A stretch of 64,000 bases of DNA. Source: an uncultured delta proteobacterium. Its GTDB lineage: Bacteria > Desulfobacterota > Binatia > UBA9968. Under the pieces are notes generated by a model. That model searched no databases, had not been told where the DNA came from, and saw only the letters and a program-made list of their open reading frames with translations. This document shows, piece by piece, positions 60,364 to 64,000 of this stretch (the stretch's first letter is position 1; each line of letters starts with the position of its first letter). The position numbers and the translations under genes are program-made. The stretch lies in contig CAWJBB010000027.1 of assembly GCA_963840855.1 (NCBI GenBank), positions 1 to 64,000 of the forward strand, given 5' to 3'.

Positions 60364-60594
60364 TATGCGTCCTTCTGGCCCTACGCGAAGATTTAACAGC
60401 TGGGTGCGCGGACTGGTGTTGGCCAGGCCGACGTGGAGCTCGAATCGCCAGGGTCGGCGCGTCGCCTTAACGACGGGGCGAGCTAGATCAAGAAGTAGGC
60501 AAAAGACGCGACAAGTAAAACTTTAACATGCGTTCTCGGATCTGCCAAGCGCAAACAACGACCTGCCTTGCCTGCATTTGCACTTGGCTGCCTG

Positions 60595-61326
60595 CTAGCG
60601 CCAATCTTGCGCGTTAAATGACTTGCCCGTCACTCCGATGGATTCATCCGAGGCTAGGTACAGAAAGGCTCGCATGATTTCTTCAGGTCGCGGCCGCGTG
60701 AGCGGGTCTTCCGCGGGATAGGCCGCGGCGCGCAGCGAAGTTCGCGTCGCGCCGGGATTGAGTGAATTCACCCTTATCCCGGAGTCCTGAACTTCCTCCG
60801 CGAGCATTTGCGTGAATCCTTCCAGGGCGAACTTCGACGGAGAGTAGGCGCCCCAGCGCGCTTTCCCCACCCGGCCAACTCCGGAGGTGACGTTGATGAT
60901 CGAGCCTCGGCGCCGGGGGATCATTGCCTTTAAAACTTCCCGGGTCATGAGAAAAAGCCCGTCAAGATTGACGCGCATGACTTCTTGCCAAGACGCAAAC
61001 GGATAATCTGCTAACGGCACCCGCGGCCCAAGCAGGCTCGCGTTGTTGACCAAAACCTCAATCGAACCGAAGCGCTCCAACGCCGCGCCGACGATGCGCC
61101 GGGCGTGATTGAGTTCACCGATATCCCCCGCCCGGCCGTAGATCTCGCCGTTCTGCTCGCGGATTTCCTCCACAGCGCGCTCGATATCGGTCTCGTTGCG
61201 CGCGCAAATAAAGACGCGGGCGCCTTCGCTCGCGTAGGCGGCAGCGATAGCCTTGCCGATGCCGCGGCTGCCGCCGGTGATCAGGGCGACTTTGCCGGAT
61301 AACTTTCCCATAACTTCGCTTGCCAT
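60595..61326 (-). CDS. SDR family oxidoreductase (YciK-like)
   Basis: ITGGSRGIG, NNAS, WGAYSPSK, NPGATRT..RAAAYPAEDP. Confidence 0.9.
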   Translation of the reverse strand: MASEVMGKLSGKVALITGGSRGIGKAIAAAYASEGARVFICARNETDIERAVEEIREQNGEIYGRAGDIGELNHARRIVGAALERFGSIEVLVNNASLLGPRVPLADYPFASWQEVMRVNLDGLFLMTREVLKAMIPRRRGSIINVTSGVGRVGKARWGAYSPSKFALEGFTQMLAEEVQDSGIRVNSLNPGATRTSLRAAAYPAEDPLTRPRPEEIMRAFLYLASDESIGVTGKSFNAQDWR

Positions 61327-61364
61327 CCGTCAGCCTGTGTCCGTTGCGCGCTTATACTTTGCAC

Positions 61365-61455
61365 GTTCAAGGTTCAAGGTTCAAAGTTCAAGGTCATCGG
61401 ATCGGACGCGAAACGTTGAGTTAAGACTTTAAACGTTGAACATTGAACTTTGAAC
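61365..61455. repeat. Inverted GTTCAA/TTGAAC heptamer array
   Basis: gttcaag gttcaag gttcaaa gttcaag ... ttaaacg ttgaaca ttgaact ttgaac. Confidence 0.88.
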
Positions 61456-61513
61456 CTCACGTTGACGGGTGAGAATCATCAAACTAGATGTTATACGATA
61501 ATAGCCAACACAG

Positions 61514-62449
61514 ATGAAATCGCTAAAAACCCACCAACGCTTGATCCTGTTCCTGCTTTTCGTCCTGGCGCTCACCAGTCTCTTATCCCCGTGGTTCGCC
61601 GTGTCGGCGAATTGGATAACCGGCCACTGGCCGTTCTTGCTGCCGGAGCGCTATTCCTTTTCCAAGATTTTCAACCGGACGTTCATGATCTCCGGCATTT
61701 TGCTTTTTTTTATTTGTCGGCGCCTGCTCGGCATCAGCAAGCTCGCCGATCTCGGTTTGACCCGGTTCGGCGATGGCAGCCGAGATATTGCCATCGGCTG
61801 GCTCCTAGCCGCGGGCTCGATGGCGGTTATGGCGGCCGTTATGACACTCTTCAGCGTTTTCACGCCCTTTTTTCGGCTGCCGCTGGGCGAGTCCATCAGT
61901 CGCTGTGCGAGTGCGCTGTCATCGGCAGCGTTTGCCGGTTTGCTGGAAGAAGTTTTTTTTCGTGGAATACTATTCAAAGGGTTGTTCCAACAGGGGCGCC
62001 TGCGCGCGTATCTGGGGACCAATCTATTTTACTCGGCGCTCCACTTCGTCAAACCCGGCGAGGCCTATTATTTGGACGCCTTGGATCCATGGGCCGGCTT
62101 GCGCCACCTCGCCTTCACCTTCACGCCGTTTCTTGAGCCGCTGCCGCTGTTGCCCGGAATTTTTGGGCTTTTCCTGATCGGCGTCGTATTGAGCTTTGCC
62201 TTCACCCGCACCGCCAATCTTTATCTCGCCATCGGCCTTCACGCCGGTTGGGTGTTCGGGCTCAAAACTCTTAGGGTATTCGGGGATTTTAGGCTCGACG
62301 ACCTGACCTGGATGTTCGGTTCCACCGACCCGAAAATCGTGAGCGGCGTCTTCACTTGGATCGGCATCGGCCTCGTCGCCGTCGCCGTCCATTGGATTAC
62401 CCGGGCCCGCCCCCACCTCGATTCCGCCACGCCCCCCGATAAACTTTAG
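61514..62449 (+). CDS. CPBP (CAAX protease/Abi) family intramembrane metalloprotease
   Basis: EEVFFRG, FYSALH, IGLHAGW; multiple TM helices. Confidence 0.88.
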   Translation: MKSLKTHQRLILFLLFVLALTSLLSPWFAVSANWITGHWPFLLPERYSFSKIFNRTFMISGILLFFICRRLLGISKLADLGLTRFGDGSRDIAIGWLLAAGSMAVMAAVMTLFSVFTPFFRLPLGESISRCASALSSAAFAGLLEEVFFRGILFKGLFQQGRLRAYLGTNLFYSALHFVKPGEAYYLDALDPWAGLRHLAFTFTPFLEPLPLLPGIFGLFLIGVVLSFAFTRTANLYLAIGLHAGWVFGLKTLRVFGDFRLDDLTWMFGSTDPKIVSGVFTWIGIGLVAVAVHWITRARPHLDSATPPDKL

Positions 62450-62498
62450 CGCGGGGCAGTTGCAACCAAAGCGGTTAACCAGTTCAGAAAAATCCGGA

Positions 62499-63587
62499 TC
62501 ACTCTTCGCGAACTACGACGCACTGCTCGGGGCGCGCCAGCGCATATACTGTGTGGCCTTTTTCATAGCGCTGGGACGGCGGCGCCACGACTCTGAGCGC
62601 CGCGCCGTTGGGCGCCAGTCTGATGAGATAGTCAATGGCGTCGCCGAAATAGATGCGTCGTTGGATCATGCCGCTGAAAACATTGTAGCCGCGCCCGGCC
62701 AGCTCGCGCGCCTCCGACTCGCTGTCGACGAGCACGAGGTTATGGGGTCGGATACAGACGAAGGTTTCGCCGCCGCCAATATTAGCTGGCGGTGCGACTT
62801 TCACGCTAAACCCCGCGGATAGACAAACCTTGTTTTCCGCCTCTAGCCGCCCAGGAAGGATGTTGGTCTTGCCGATGAACTCGGCGACGAAACGAGTCAG
62901 CGGCTCGTCGAAGATCTCCTGCGGCGCGCCCACCTGAATGATTTTCCCTTTGTTCATGACCGCGATGCGGTCGGAGGCGACCATGGCTTCCCCCTGGTCA
63001 TGGGTGACGTAGATGGTCGTTATGCCAAACTCCTCGTGCAGTCGGCGAATCTCAAAGCGCATCTCTTCGCGCAAGTTGGCGTCGAGGTTACTCAGCGGCT
63101 CATCGAGCAAAAGGATTTGCGGCTCCACCACCAGGGCGCGGGCCAGCGCCACCCGCTGCTGCTGGCCGCCGGAAAGCTCGGCGGGATAACGTTCCTTCAA
63201 CGCCTCCAAATGCACCACCCGAAGCAGTCGTTCGACCTTTTCCAAGGTTGCTTGCTTCGCGAGCTTTTTGAACTTGAGACCGTAGGCGACGTTTTGAAAC
63301 ACCGTCATATGCGGCCACACGGCGTAACTCTGAAAAATCATCGACATGTTGCGCCGCTCCGGCTGAACCAACTGCGATGGTGATGAAATGACGTTGCCGT
63401 CGACGCGGATCTCACCGCCGTCAGGTTGAAGGAAACCGGCAACCAGACGGAGTGTGGTCGTTTTGCCGCAGCCCGACGGTCCGAGCAGCGAGACGAATTC
63501 ACCGTCTTTGATCTCCAGGTTGAGGTCGTCAACCGCAGCCATGCCGGTAAATTTTTTCGTCAGTCCGTGCAGCGATACGATGGCCAT
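62499..63587 (-). CDS. ABC transporter ATP-binding protein (PotA/FbpC-type, TOBE domain)
   Basis: GPSGCGKTT, LSGGQQQRVALARA, LLDEPLSNLD, VTHDQ. Confidence 0.94.
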   Translation of the reverse strand: MAIVSLHGLTKKFTGMAAVDDLNLEIKDGEFVSLLGPSGCGKTTTLRLVAGFLQPDGGEIRVDGNVISSPSQLVQPERRNMSMIFQSYAVWPHMTVFQNVAYGLKFKKLAKQATLEKVERLLRVVHLEALKERYPAELSGGQQQRVALARALVVEPQILLLDEPLSNLDANLREEMRFEIRRLHEEFGITTIYVTHDQGEAMVASDRIAVMNKGKIIQVGAPQEIFDEPLTRFVAEFIGKTNILPGRLEAENKVCLSAGFSVKVAPPANIGGGETFVCIRPHNLVLVDSESEARELAGRGYNVFSGMIQRRIYFGDAIDYLIRLAPNGAALRVVAPPSQRYEKGHTVYALARPEQCVVVREE

Positions 63588-63590
63588 GCG

Positions 63591-64000
63591 CTACTCCCGG
63601 CTCGCCACCACTTCTCGCCCCGCAAACCAATGCATGGCCAGAATCACCGCGAAGGAAACGGCCAACAAAAGTATGCCCAACACTGAGATCACCCCGACCT
63701 GCCCTTCCTCTTTGAGATCGAAGATCACCACCGAAACTACCTTCGATGCCGGCGCGAAAAGCAAAATCGACGCGCTCAGCTCGCGGATGACGCCGATGAA
63801 AATAAAAGACCAGGCGGCGATCAATCCGGAGCGCGCCAGCGGCGCGGTCACGTCCTTGAGTGACATCAGCCGGTTTGCGCCGATGATCCGGCTCGCGTCT
63901 TCCAGCTCTGGGTGAATGCTTTTGAAAGTCGACTCGGCCTGGGAAAAACCTATGGGCATTTCTTTGGTCAGGTAGGCGACGAATAGAATCCAGATGGTTC
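63591..64000 (-). CDS. ABC transporter permease (FbpB-type), 5'-partial
   Basis: EAA motif ELEDASRIIGA, RELSASILL; runs off the window. Confidence 0.88.
   Translation of the reverse strand, partial: TIWILFVAYLTKEMPIGFSQAESTFKSIHPELEDASRIIGANRLMSLKDVTAPLARSGLIAAWSFIFIGVIRELSASILLFAPASKVVSVVIFDLKEEGQVGVISVLGILLLAVSFAVILAMHWFAGREVVASRE

Overview
Bacterial chromosomal window, probably a Deltaproteobacteria-type lineage such as Candidatus Binatia (inferred from gene content and style, not proven). It has four parts. (1) 1-12.7 kb is a heavily frameshifted, single-strand (+) glycosylation/RiPP-like cluster: uronate-dehydrogenase-like SDR, AGE epimerase, two PqqD/RRE genes, GT2, AsnB amidotransferase, GT4s, DUF6817/HD-like proteins, SMP-30 lactonase and two nucleotidyltransferases. 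(2) 12.9-22.8 kb is core housekeeping: rluD, ribF, tolQRAB-pal-cpoB, pgk-tpiA-secG-tRNA-Leu(GAG). (3) 23-55 kb is a mosaic of catabolic and transport genes (UbiD, adenine deaminase, amidohydrolases, CADD-like diiron enzyme, ltaE, hydantoinase A/B, LLM, Rieske oxygenase, SBPs, M20, SDRs). (4) 55-64 kb holds grxD-bolA, a three-gene signalling module, a CPBP protease and an ABC transporter. The main items missing from the ORF track are: two peroxiredoxin-like selenoproteins (in-frame TGA in FYRGxW-U-xx-C) with matching SECIS-like hairpins; an RRE whose C-terminal tail carries a lasso-leader-like YxxPxL motif; a second hidden RRE fragment; a sigma54 promoter in front of an excisionase-like HTH gene next to the tRNA; and about a dozen intergenic 7-bp and 9-bp-period tandem arrays, most of them inverted, some of which bracket individual genes. 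Many frameshifts are probably long-read errors, so pseudogene calls are tentative.
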